Positions 51,905 through 64,000 of a stretch of 64,000 nucleotides of DNA are shown here, piece by piece (the first letter of the stretch is position 1; each line of letters opens with the position of its first letter). Origin of the DNA: Lama glama (Eukaryota); contig CM052817.1 of assembly GCA_028534125.1 (NCBI GenBank), positions 82,214,001 to 82,278,000 on the forward strand, in the 5' to 3' direction. The notes under the pieces were generated by a model. It was not told the origin of the DNA. It saw only the letters and a program-made list of their open reading frames with translations, and did no database searches. Position numbers and translations under genes: made by a program.

Positions 51905-54380
51905 GTATAATGTTTTTGGGAATCATCTATGTTCGTGCATGCAGCAGTAGTTCCTGATTTTGTGGCAGTATAGTATTACATTGCCTGCATATATTTCAAT
52001 TTGAGAAGTGTCCAGTTTGGGGTTGTAAGAATAAAATTGTTATGAATGTTTTCAAATGTGTATTTTGGGGGAGCTGTGCTCTCAATTCTCATGCATCACA
52101 TATATGTAGAAGTAGAATTTCTGAGATCTAGAGTAGGTATACGTTCCTTTAGTGGATTGGGATTGTTTAATCTTCTTGATACACTGACCCTTTCATCAAT
52201 ATGAAATGTCCCTTTTTATCATTGAAATACTCCTTAAAGTAAGATCTTTTCTCCCAATGTTAACATAGCTACCTCAATTTTATTTTGGTTACTACTTGCA
52301 TGGCGTATTTTCTCATAATTATACTTTTAATATCTAGGTAATTTATAAAGCCTATTTTTTGTAAACATCATAGAGTTGGGTCTTTTAAAAATTACTTATA
52401 TATTTGGGTTTAAGTAATCACCGTGATATTAGTTCTGTATTTGTTCAATCAAGGCTTTTTAAAGTTTTTACCTTATCTAATTATTATTGTGTGAACAAGT
52501 ACTATTTTATTATTCCATTTTAATTTTTAACTCACATTTTGTAACACAGTATTCTTTTTTTACTGACTACCCTAGAAATTAATATATCCTTAACTTGTTA
52601 CAATCTACCTCAGATTCGTAGGGTTACATGCCCAAAACAATGCAAGGATATTTTAACAGTTAATTTACCCTAGTCTTGCTCTTTTTTATTGTTATCATGT
52701 ACTTCATTTTACTTCTGGTAAAACCACAAAATGCATTGTCTTTATTGTATACTTAAGCAATCAACAATCTTTTATAATTAACTTTATATTTATTTTTTCT
52801 GGAGCTATTCATTTTTTACTCTTTCTTCCATCTGTGACCTTTTTTTTTTTCCAACATGATTAACTTCCTTTAATATTTCTTGTAGTTCAGGTATGCTGGC
52901 CATTTGCCACTTAATCACTAGGCATTGAAAACACTTGTGTTTCAACTTCATTTTGAAAGATTATTGTCCCCAGGTATAAAATCTAGGTTGGCAGTTTGTT
53001 TTTTCAATACACTTCAGATGGCAGCAACCTAGCTGACCTTGATAGCAACCAGGAGCCCTGTGCTTCTGTCACAGAAAGAGGAAGGAGCCAGTTTGCACGC
53101 AGGCCCAGAGCAGAACTCAGGGCTCAAAAAAAAATCAGTATTTTCTGGCTTCCACAGTTGTCCTACTGCAGGCAGGATGCATGTCTTCTTTCTCTGGTTA
53201 TTCTTAAGGTTGTTTCATAATCTTTGCTTTTCTTCACTTCGATTATGATATGAGAGGCTGCTTTCTTTGTATTTACCCTGCTTGAGTTTTATTAAACATT
53301 TTTTAAATTCATGAGCTGGTATTTTTCTCAAATTAGAAAAATCTCACCATTATTTTTATAAAATTTTACTTCCATGGCATTCTCTTTGTCTGGCATTCCA
53401 ATTATATGTGGGTTAAACATTGATGATATCCCACATTTATTTAATTTCTGATCTTGTTTCCATTATTTTTCTCTCTGAACTTTAATTTGTATATTTTCTC
53501 CTGATCAATTTTTGACTTTATAAATCTCATGCTCTTCATTGTCTAGTTTGCTGTTAAATTCACTAATTTGAGATACTGTATTTGAATTCATGGAATGTAT
53601 ATTTAATTATTTTGTATAGATTCTAAATATCTGCTGAATGCTCTGTAGTTTCATTCTTTTTATCTATATCTTCTATATTTAAAAACATTGCAATTATAAT
53701 TATTTTGAAGTTCCTGTCTGTTAACTTCAGTATTTAATCATTTCTGTATCAGCTTTTAATAATTAATTTTACATCATCTTTGAATTGTTCCTGCTTCTCC
53801 ATATATCTAGTAATTTAAAAATGTGTATTAGTATTCTGTGTAATACATGGTAGAGATTTTGGATTTATTTCCCTGTATCACGTATTAAGTTTTGTTCATC
53901 CAGTGATTAAATTACCGGCAGATTACTTTAACCTGCTGACTTGGTTTAAAATTTTGGTAAGGAGAAAGTAATTCAGTTTTGCCTTAATTGCTACTGTGTG
54001 CACCCTTTCCTTTTTGGGCACGGCTTTCACTGCTTTTAAGTAAATCACCTGGAAGTGGGCAGTGTCCTTCTGCTGTGGCTAGGCCAGAACTGTAACATCT
54101 CTCCAGCTCTGTGCTAATTCTTGAATCACTTTTCAGCTCCCACATCTCAGCAGATGACTATGTTACGTCTCCTTTAATGTCATCCTGTGCACCCATGGCT
54201 TAGGGGTTGACCAAGGACCAAGGAGAACCCCTTCAGATATTCTCAGAGTTCCTTCTTTGTGGAGTTCTTTTTTTAATCTTGTCTCCAAATCTTATTAAGA
54301 TTAGGAGATATAAATTCTGATCACTCCTCCCTCTGGCCAGTCAGACACTAACTTTCTATTGCTCAAAGAGGAAAGGGATA
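51905..54380 (-). mobile_element. Composite of ancient antisense L1 fragments (3' UTR piece ~51905-52150; ORF1/5' region ~52170-54380)
   Basis: T-rich; tgaccctttcatcaatatgaaatgtccc; ttcctttaatatttcttgtagttcaggtatgctgg; tctaggttggcagttt. Confidence 0.7.
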
Positions 54381-54635
54381 CACAGTAGAAACAAAGGCAA
54401 AACTAAGTTAGAAACTCTTTACCAAAAGAGGAGAGCTCAAGCTCTCCTCTGGAAAACCTCTGAGGGAATTATGAAGATCACGTTCTCCTAAAATAGTGCA
54501 TACATTTTATGCAATCCCAAACAAAATGTCAAGGGAGTTGTATGAAACTTCAGAGTTAATTCCAAAATTTACCTGGAAGCTTAAATAAGTAAAACTGGAA
54601 AAAAAAAAGATGACTATTTTTTCTATTGTATATTC

Positions 54636-54642
<7 letters not shown>

Positions 54643-54681
<39 letters not shown>
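54643..54681. repeat. (TA)n microsatellite
   Basis: Direct reading. Confidence 0.95.
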
Positions 54682-54684
<3 letters not shown>

Positions 54685-54699
54685 AAACCTCTATTCTTC

Positions 54700-55103
54700 A
54701 TGGGGTATTTGCTGAGGTAGGTGAACTAGAGCTGGAAGATGCAAGATGGCTTCACTCACATACCTGTTACATTATCTTGCATATTTGGAACATCTGGGGG
54801 CCCCTTTCTCTCTTTTCGTAATTTCTTAGTCTTCAGAATCTTTCTTTCTAAATGTAGCCATTCTCTGATGCAGTGTAGATGAAATTCTTAACCTGGCTAT
54901 TGCCTTTGAGGGATAAAATTTTAAACTACAAGGAAAGTCTCTTAAGGCATGAATTCAAAAGTCCAAGATACTCACATTTATGTCATAAAATTAGTCCAAA
55001 ATAATCACATGGTTTAGAATATAAAAGGGAGATATTAGACTTCATTCTTAATAGAAGAATCATATGCTTATAGAAATAGCCATTTTCGCAGACAGTCTAC
55101 CAC
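54700..55103 (-). mobile_element. Old MaLR LTR (MLT1G/H-like)
   Basis: gctggaagatgcaagatggcttcactcacat; tagacttcattcttaatagaaga; gccattttcgcagacagtctaccac. Confidence 0.65.
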
Positions 55104-55424
55104 GATTAGCATCACAGTTAGAAATATTGTTTATTTGGACGCAAGCTGAAACACAAGTCTTACATTGCCTCATTTTTTGTTTGTTTATGATGTTTTTCCA
55201 TATAAAAATGAGAGTTCTTTAAGTGGGCTTTTAGTGCTATGCAGAATTCTGCCTTTAGCACACTTGGCAACAAGCCTGTACCAAAGGTGTGTTTTATTCA
55301 CTAACACACTTCATCCTGGTGTATGAAACTTGTTTCTCTGTCCTCTCAAGGACCATGCCTGTGACTGCTAGCCAAAGGGGTGCTGGGCCTCTTATTAAAT
55401 GTTATTTAAAAAGAAACATATATT

Positions 55425-56600
55425 TGCAATAATAAAAAGCAATAAAGTTCTAGCATAGAAATAGATAAGTAGATCAATGGGACAAAAGAAAATGTCCAGA
55501 AACATACATGAATATATTTAATTACCTTTTAATCTTTTAATATTAAATAAGGGACAGACTGATACTGAAATAATTGATTGTATATCTTATGGTAAATTTA
55601 GAGCTCCACCTCACATTATAGCAAACATGAGGTGTATCTTTTTATAAACTAGTTGTTACCCACAAGCAATTTTGAATGAATTCTAGAATATAATTTAAGA
55701 TGCTACTGTTTTGTAATCATCTTCTAATGGGGAAAATTTGTTAAGATGTAAAATATAAAGCTCATAAATAAAAACACTAATATGATTCTTTAAAGTAAAC
55801 ATAAAGCTCTTAATGATGAACAAAACTTAAAAATTGACATATTATGAAGACATTTTTATAAAGTATGAAACTCAAATGAGATGAAAATATTTAATACAAA
55901 AAAGAATGATCCAATAAATCAATATGAACATGACATGTAACCCAGAAATAAAGGGGAAGGGCAAGCAGGTGCACTTAAAAGATCCCTGATCTCCTAGGTG
56001 ATAAGGTAATTGGATTGTTAACAAGATTTCACCATAGATTTTTTTTTTCTTTTTTGTTTATTGATCAAGAAAAAAATTTTGAAACGGTGAGAAAAATTTT
56101 TATTTTTTAAGAAACTATGCAAGAAGTAGAACTGTCATACACTATTGATAGAAACATAAATTTTAAACAATTTTTGAAGAGTAATTTAATAATACCTACC
56201 AAAAATAATAATAGTTGTAAAATATTTTTCATTAAGAATTTCCAATTCTTGATAGTTTGTTTTAAAAATAACACCAAGTATATACACGTGTGCATAATTT
56301 GTAATATTGACATTTAGGTAAAAACTCATACGGAAATGCTTAAATATGCTGTATATACTGAGTAATAATATAAGATATTTAAATAATGGGGTAATAAAGC
56401 AAATTTCAGAATGATGTGTATTGCATTGATTTATTTTGTTTAAATAAAACTATATGCATGTATATTAATACATATTTATATATACACACATTTTGGGTAT
56501 ATATAAAATTCAAGCTATTACAGAGGATTTAATTGTTTATATGCCTTTCTATTGTTTCAAAAATGTACTTAGCAGTTATTACTTTTGTAAAATGATATTG
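55425..56600 (+). mobile_element. Highly decayed L1 (L1ME-like) ORF2 end and 3' UTR
   Basis: tagcatagaaatagataagtagatcaatggga; ccacctcacattatagcaaa; gaactgtcatacactattgatagaaacataaa. Confidence 0.65.
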
Positions 56601-56614
56601 AATTCTATTTGTAT

Positions 56615-56750
56615 TTCTTACTAGCTATCTGAACACGGCAAATCTCCTGAATTTGAGTGTGCTAGTTTTCTAACCTGTGCAATGGAGATAATTACATCAG
56701 TCTTGGCTGGATTTTGTGACAATCAAGTGAGCTAACAACACATACATAAA
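56615..56750 (+). mobile_element. MIR core fragment
   Basis: ttactagctatctgaacacggcaaatctc...gttttctaacctgtgcaatggagataat. Confidence 0.6.
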
Positions 56751-57309
56751 CAATTATATATTTTTTTAGTCAAGTTGGTTCTCTTAAGCATTGCTGACTT
56801 TGAATGTTTAGGAGGCTATTTGTTCCTTTGTTCATAAAGACATTTTTCTCTGTGCTCCATGGAAGGCACCAAGACTTGTCATGTTGGCAGTCTTGTGGGC
56901 AAATTAATAGTTATTGCCTAAGAGGCATCTTGTCCAGGAAAAATAATGTCTCTGTTGTTTCAACCTACGTAGTTTCTGTTTTTTATTACCTATGAAACAA
57001 TACAAAATTTTTTTTAAATGTGCATGAGGAGAAATATAGTAATCTATCAAAACCATTTCTCAAAAAATCTCACATTGCTTATTCCTAGTTTTTATGAGTC
57101 CCGTATTACTATTTTTTGAACATCAGATTAACTGCAGTGTGACCTCAGGTCAGATTCTGAGGTTCCACTGGAAACTCATGGTTTTTGTCTTTGTGTATTT
57201 AAGTGGATATATATTTTATGGATATGTTACCAAGGAAAATGGACAAATGCTGATTTACCCATGCTGTTTTGTATTTAAAATTCTTAAGGGTAGAGTGTCT
57301 CTAAGTTTC

Positions 57310-57431
57310 CTTAATTTTTACTTGGATATAATTGACATAACATTATACTAGTTTTAGGTGTACAATGTCATGATTCAGTACTTGTATATATTGTAAAATA
57401 ATTACACTAAGTCCCGTTAACATCCGTTACC
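57310..57431 (-). mobile_element. Short L1 3' stub with a long target-site duplication
   Basis: gatataattgacataacattatactagttttaggtgtacaa...tatatattgtaaaataattacactaagt; flanked by direct repeats 57273-57309 and 57432-57467. Confidence 0.88.
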
Positions 57432-58724
57432 ATTTAAAATTCTAAGGGCAGAGTGTCTCTAAGTTTCTTTTGTGAAGGTATCATGGTCAACCATCAGAGT
57501 CTAAAATTTAATTTAAAAATGATCAGCCAATACAGGAAGTTATAAAAAGGAAAGAAAATTTACTTTGAAGTTTTGTTCTTCAAACAAAAAAGGAATGAAT
57601 TACTGAGTCAGGTTTTCCTTGGTTAATTGAAGGATAAAATACATCTTTAAAATATCACAGGACGGTTATTCTCTGGAGCAGAAGAGAAGACATCAATGTA
57701 AAGATGAGAACAAGAGAAATGGGGAGATAAAGTAATTTCAGCATGAATCAAACCAGTCATCTCTTTTTGCTTATTGTCTGGATCACAAGGACTGTCTTAT
57801 CTGCTCTGGCTTTTCATGTCATGGGCCATGTGGAATCCTCACATGCTGCTGGGTCCCTTCCTCTCATGTTTCCCAGAAGGTTAAAATAAGATGATATATC
57901 TTTATTTACATTTATCCAAAAGGTTGCATAGGCATCCCATTTTTGTTTACTATTCAGCAAAATGTCTATCACATGGTACAAGGTTAAGAACAAAGAAGAA
58001 GAAAAAGACAAAAAAATTAGTTTTTTTGTGCACTTGCTTCAATACAGGTGTGTCATTTCAGTGTTGTTGTCCTCACACAAAGGTCAATATTTAGAAAAGT
58101 ATCATCAAGAGAACTGGAGAATAAGCATTGCAGATAATGATTATTTAAGTTGATAAATTTGAATTCCTAAGATTGATAGCTATTGGGCTAAGAAAATGAG
58201 ATTTGTTTTAACAGACATAACAGACATGGGGTATTGAGGACAGTCCAGACCCCAAAAGAAGTGAGAGAGTCATGCCCCATGTGTCTGTCTCATTCTCTGT
58301 GACAGATTTTAGTGATGATTTATCTGCTTCCTAACCCCCAAATAGAAAACTCATTTCATTCAGAGAACAATTCTTCTAGCCTACTTGTTAAAGATGACAT
58401 TAAGGCAGTCAAGGAGAATCATGGTTAATACATGTCATAACAGAGAAAGATGAGAATGTTATGCAGCATTAAATTTAAAGGCTCTGATTTAACACTAAAT
58501 GATAAGTACAGTTAACAGCTTCTAGGGAAGTAGGGGATGGGAGACAAATCTATCAGTAATCTACTGTACAAGTTGATTGGAACTTAAAAATTGTAGGAAA
58601 CACTGATCTCTACATATAATTATGCATAGATTTTAGCTTTAAAAAAACACATTTTCTATTGAGTGAGAATTCATTGTTACTTAAAGTCAAGTCTGTATAA
58701 TAAAGGTTAAATTGAGATTTAGGA

Positions 58725-58955
58725 ATAATAATAGCTAACATTTTTCAAGTGTGCACTAGGTACCAGGTATGTATGGTTCTAAGTGTTTTAAGTATTTTAA
58801 CAAATTTACTTCTCATGACAAACATAAGCATTTTATGATGAGGAAATCAGAAAGAGCAAGGCAAAGTAAGTTGCTTGAGTCAGAGAATTAGAAAGACCCA
58901 GTGATGAGAACTAAACAGAGAGAATGGCTGCAGTGTACAGTCAGACATTGTATGA
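58725..58955 (-). mobile_element. MIR SINE
   Basis: aataataatagctaacattttt...cattttatgatgaggaaatcaga...aagtaagttgcttgagtca. Confidence 0.75.
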
Positions 58956-59199
58956 TGTTGCCTCTAAAGTAACTATATGATTAATCTGATTGTCCTAGAT
59001 AATCTAGATAATAAAATACTTAAGATGTGGATAATAAATTATCTAAAAGAATCTGGCTTTCCATTACATTTCATAATGTTGAAGGTAAGTCTGAATCTAA
59101 TCCAATCATTTATTACTACAAGCTCAGTGATAAATTGTTCTCTAATTCCACTTATTCCACCTCTTCAACGTTACCAACTATGTGATATGTGATCATTAT

Positions 59200-59640
59200 A
59201 TGAGCCTTTTCTAGCTTCCCTCCCTTCTCTATCCACTCGGGGTACATCACTGCAGAAAATATTCTCCTGTTTCTGAGTTACAGACCTGTGTGTTTTAAAA
59301 AAAAAAAAGTCAGATATTTTGCTCTTTAACTTCTGAGCAGCCCTGGATTAATTCAACCATCTGCCTCCTTTGCTTCTGAACCTGCACCCATGTTACTGCG
59401 TACCACTAGAGAAAACCAGATGATCTTGAAGATTAGTACCATAGCAAATTTATGGAATCCAAACTCAGAGGTAACCACAACTGCTTGGCAACCCAATTAC
59501 ATTTTTCTTATCTGGCCTATTTCCCATTCCCCTCAGCAGTTATTCTAGCCCTTCCACATTTTCTTTAAATCTCTAGCCCCAGTAGACTCCATTTTACTCC
59601 ATCAATTATTTCCACTCTATGCTATATTTTTAGGTTCCTC
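59200..59640 (+). mobile_element. L2 internal fragments
   Basis: Pyrimidine-rich; cagccctggattaattcaaccatctgcctcctt; ccacattttctttaaatctct. Confidence 0.45.
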
Positions 59641-60319
59641 TACGCACAAATGTACCACACAAGCACACATATCCATACAAATACACATATGTCAAAATTT
59701 CAATACACATTTGTATATATATAGACATAAATATATATGTATATGTGTATACATATGTGAATATGTTCAACTTTTGACATAATTAAATCCAGTCACCCTC
59801 TTTAAAAGACTCTCAAACATTTATTTCCATATTTCTTTACATTGTCTTTTTTTTATCCACTTCACAGTTTCTTTTGTAAGTACCTCCTTTTCTTAAATGA
59901 TGAAACTCATCAGGACTGAATTTAAACTTCATGTCTTCCTCAGGAGTCTGTATTTAGGTGTCAAGTTTTTTGGCTTTAATTTAGAGTTGCTTAAACTATT
60001 GCACTGAAATGGGCTTTAAAGAGGCAATAAAACTCCTGAAGCTTCATATTTAATATTGTATATGTCAACTTATTTCTGAAGAGATCTAGAATGTTAAAAT
60101 CATAATGTAACTCAATACAGGTTATGAATCATTGTTCTGAAACACTTTAACTCTTCATGTCAGTCTTGGTTTTCTGTTCTAACCACTTCTTACTTCTGTA
60201 TTTATTTTCTACTTGGACTTCTGTCCTGAGTTACACCTGTGGCAAGTAAATGCCTTCACCTCTATATTTCAGAGGCAACTTAAATTCAACAAGCCCCAAA
60301 ATGAAGTTATTAATTTTAT

Positions 60320-61040
60320 CCATGAGCCCATCAAAGGTATTCTTCATGTCTGGTACTTTTTTGTTATTTCTAGCATTTCTTTTGGATACTTTCTTAGAAC
60401 TGTTATCTTTTCATTACAATTTCCATCTGCTCTTGAATGTTGTCTGCATTTCTTTTATTAGAGATCTTGGCATATGAATCATAGTTGTTTTAAATTCCCA
60501 GCCTCATAATTCCAACACCCTTGCCATATCTGACTCTGACTCTAATTCTTCTTCAGTCTCTCAACCTTTATTTTTTACCTTTTAGTATTCCTTGTAATTT
60601 TTTTGCTGAAACCCAGACGGACATGTTTATCCAATATAAGAAATTGTTATAGACGGGCCTTTAGTAATGTGGTGGTGGGGTGTCCTATAATCCTATGATT
60701 AGCTCTCAGTCTTTTGGTGAGCCTGTGCCATGGATTGTGAACTTTACCAGTGCTTCTCAGTTCCCCACCCGCTGCCTTTAATTGGGACAGGATGACTAGA
60801 CAGGGCTGCAGTTGAGTATTTCCCTCACCCCTTGGTAATTTAGACCCTGATAAAACTCCAGCAGGTAAGCCTCTTTTAATAATTTCTCCTAAGGTCAGGC
60901 TTCGTTAAGAAAAACAGAATGCTCTGACACATTTTAAAATGGTGACTTTTCCCTCTGACTTCCAGAAGCTTGAAAGGACTTTTCTCTGATATTCACTGTG
61001 GGCGCCTGTAGAGCTCTGGAGGTAAAACTCACTAAAGTGT
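60320..61040 (-). mobile_element. Old L1 5' region (L1MC/MD-like)
   Basis: tgagcccatcaaaggtattcttcat...gttgttttaaattccc...tctgactctgactct...ttaagaaaaacagaatgctctgacacattttaaaatggt. Confidence 0.78.
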
Positions 61041-63614
61041 GGGTGCCCTCTTGTGACTGCTCCCCGCCCCCCACAGCACAACCTTCTCTTCATCTGTGCA
61101 ATAATACCTCTGCCCTCTCCTCTCCTCTTCATCCACTCTGACCGTGCACCCTCAGCCCTGCAACATCCTTTAAGTGATGTGTTGCAATAAGCCTCCGAGT
61201 CTCTACACCTATATCCAGCATCACGCTCCACCAGGGAAAGACCGGCTGCCTCACCTTCCCACGCTCCTTTGCAGCTTTGCCCATACCTTAGTTGTGACAT
61301 TTTTTTCTTATTTTATAAGAGTTTGGTTTCTAATCTCCCTTCTGTACCACAATTATTGGAAAAAGAGAGTGACAGTCCATCGTTTTCTAGAATAATATGT
61401 GATTTATACTGGAATCTTAGTACACAGTTATTGAAAAAAGAAAGAATGAAGAAAAACATTTTTGAAAATGGTTAATATGATGAAAAGCTTGGGTTTCTGT
61501 TCCGACAAAATGGTATATACGGCTATATTATGATATAATGTTTAAAACTGTAGATGCAGTCTCCATTACAGATGTGTAGTGTCTTGAATACATAAGGTAA
61601 TTTTCCAGGGTTGGGTTGTGCCAAGTGAGTAGCCTTTAGTATGGCAAATTAAAAATGGAGAGCAGCAACACTGGAGCATACAGAAAGAAAGTTGATCAAG
61701 AATGTAAGAACTTTGCATATTTAGAGGGAAATAAAATTTAAGGGTTGTTTAGACAGGAAGACACACAAAAATAAGTGAGAAAGAAATGAGACAGCATATC
61801 TTCCTTAGAATGTTTGATAAATACACACACCAGGTTTACTCTTTTGCTTCATATATTATGAGATTATAACTCAAGCCAATGAATGACAGAGACAGAAGAG
61901 TTAGACTTATAAATAAATAAGACCCTAAAAAAGTTTACTCCATTGAAAGTACACCAGAATTTTCTGTTACTAGATCAATTCAATGGCAGATTTAGTAATT
62001 ATTTGACCAATACATAGTAGAATGGATTCCAGAATTGGCTGAGAAATAAAAATAAAAGACTTTGTTCCTTGCAAAACTAAAATTCTAAATATAATGTTTT
62101 ACATTAGGAGAAATTTAACATTATTTTTCTTTTGGAAAAACAATCTGATTCAATTATTTTTCTTATATGTCTTTAATAGAGAAGAATTAATATGCATAAT
62201 TAAAAGTGGAGTGAGTACTGTTATTTTGGATCAGCACAACAAAAATCAAAAGAGGGACTGGTCAGAAGAATTCTTTTGTCATTTTTTTTTTTCTATTCTT
62301 GATTTAACTGTAAATTGAGAAGAGCCTCTCGCTTACTCACTGGACAAACTGAAGCTATTTCAGAGGTAGTATAGGTGCCAGTTCAGTTCAGAATTTGAGA
62401 TCAATTTAAATGTATTTTCATTATTTTATTTTATCTTTCTCCTGTGAATTTTCAAGCTGTTACCTAACAGTTTCTTGAGTTTCACTAGCCTGTTTTAAAG
62501 TCTGAGGTAATACAGAAAACTAAATTTTTAGAAGGGCCATTTGGAATGTTTATTTTAGTATAAAATGTTTTAATACAGTATCACGTTTCATTTGAGATAT
62601 TCCCTATTAAAAATCTTGATAATCACCAATCAAAAGAGGAAAAAAATTGATTTTCCCATTTTGTTCAGGTATAGAATAAGAAGAATGATAATAACATCCA
62701 AGATATATAAACAAACAGATCAGATTGTTAGTTCTAACTCTGTTCCCAGGTTATTTTACTAAGGATTTTTCAGTGTTTACCATCAACCTTCAATAAAACA
62801 TTTTTATTATGAATGTGATCCACTAAATCAATGACTGGGGTAATAACCCAATGTTCATACCTTTAGAGAAATGCTGTTCTGCCCTTGCCTGAGATGTGTA
62901 TGTGCCTGAAGTGTAGCTGCCTAGGTGAGGAGGCAGGAAGGGGAACAAAGGATGAAGGGACAGAGAAGAGATGAAGAGGAATGGGCATATTTGAGCCAAT
63001 CAAGACAAGGCTGTGTGTGGAAACAAACCAAAGCAAGCTGAGAAGCTACTTGGCTCTATTTATGCTTGAGTTGTCTCCACTAGACTTTTCTGATAATAAA
63101 AGCTCTACTTGGAGTGGTGGGGAACCAGAGGCCCTGTGAGTACAGCATTCATTGCCTATCACTTTTCCCCTTTTCTCATCACACTACACTCTCTGCAGGG
63201 AGCCATGAGTTAAAATGCCACAACACCTGTCTTCCAGCGATGCCTAGTGGGCTGCCCCAGAGTGCCAAGAAAACAGTCATGTTTCCCTGGGAATCTTTAC
63301 CTCTCTTCAGGGGACATTAGATGCTTTTGCTGCCTTTCACTTTTTCTCACTGAGGTTTACACGGGTGATAATCTAAACGATTTCCAAAGTCTTCAAGTTC
63401 AAAACTTCACTGTACTCTCTGCAAAAATGAAGAATTTCTATGCTTTCACGTGGATTTCACAGCAGTACTGTATGTGTCCTGGCATCCTACAAAATATTTT
63501 TGCTAGTCACCTTTTTCGGGTTTTGTTATCAGAACAGTCTAAAGGAGACTGAACTTACGGGTAAATATGAGCACAAACGGCATGCTACACTGTTAATCTT
63601 TATTTGAAAACTAC

Positions 63615-63817
63615 AGTTTCGTGATTTTGTCTCTGAGGAGACATTTGAAACTGTCTGGAAACATTGTTGGTTGCCACAGCTAGGAGAAGACACTGCTGCT
63701 TTCTAGTGGGTAGAGTTCAGGGGTCGTGCTGAACATCTAACAATGCAAAAGACAGTCCCTCACAACAAAGAGTTATCTGCCTCACAATGTCAACAGTGCC
63801 AAGGTTGACAAATCCCG
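63615..63817 (-). mobile_element. MER20 hAT MITE
   Basis: gattttgtctctgaggagacattt...tctagtgggtagag...cacaacaaagagttatctg...aatgtcaacagtgccaaggttgacaaa. Confidence 0.9.
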
Positions 63818-64000
63818 TTGTTCAGGCTTGTTTGACTAATAAACTTATGTTTTTCCTCCGTTTTAAAACATGAGTGCAAAACTGAACTTAGGCTTAAGCT
63901 AGTGAATACTTGGAGTCCTTTCCTATTTTCAAAATATTCAAGTATACACATTCACATATTTACACACACAAACACAAACATACGTAATGAAACACCAATG

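Noticed and set aside
60905..61300. 131-aa Gly/Arg-rich ORF
   Set aside because: Overlaps an L1 5' relic and a pyrimidine-rich tract; no recognisable homology.
1..64000. A novel gene system, operon or intact autonomous element
   Set aside because: No intact long ORF, RNA gene, CpG island or paired-LTR provirus was seen; recognisable content is explained by known mammalian repeat classes. Very short exons of a large gene cannot be excluded by eye.

Overview
AT-rich, CpG-depleted mammalian genomic DNA, most likely camelid (alpaca/camel). The taxon call rests on a simple tRNA-Ala-derived SINE at ~8.7 kb, and I saw no ruminant Bov-A/BovB or pig PRE-1 elements. I find no protein-coding exon or RNA gene that I can support. 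The only ORF-track entries with recognisable protein similarity are decayed LINE-1 ORF2 fragments; the rest are chance ORFs, repeat translations or read-throughs of a 500-N assembly gap (13115-13614). The window reads as intergenic DNA or the interior of a large intron. It is densely filled with fossil transposons: L1 of several ages, L2, MIR, MaLR/ERV solo LTRs and DNA-transposon MITEs (MER20, MER33, MER53, MER58, MER94, Tigger2-type). Family names come from my recall of consensus sequences, not a database search, and boundaries without a stated TSD are approximate. I see no evidence for a new biological system. The best observations are structural: a 5'-inverted (twin-primed) L1 spanning the gap, an L1 stub with a ~36-bp target-site duplication, a four-element nested LTR stack, a poly(A)-only insertion, an L1 splitting a MER53 palindrome, and a few repeat-free blocks that may be conserved non-coding elements.
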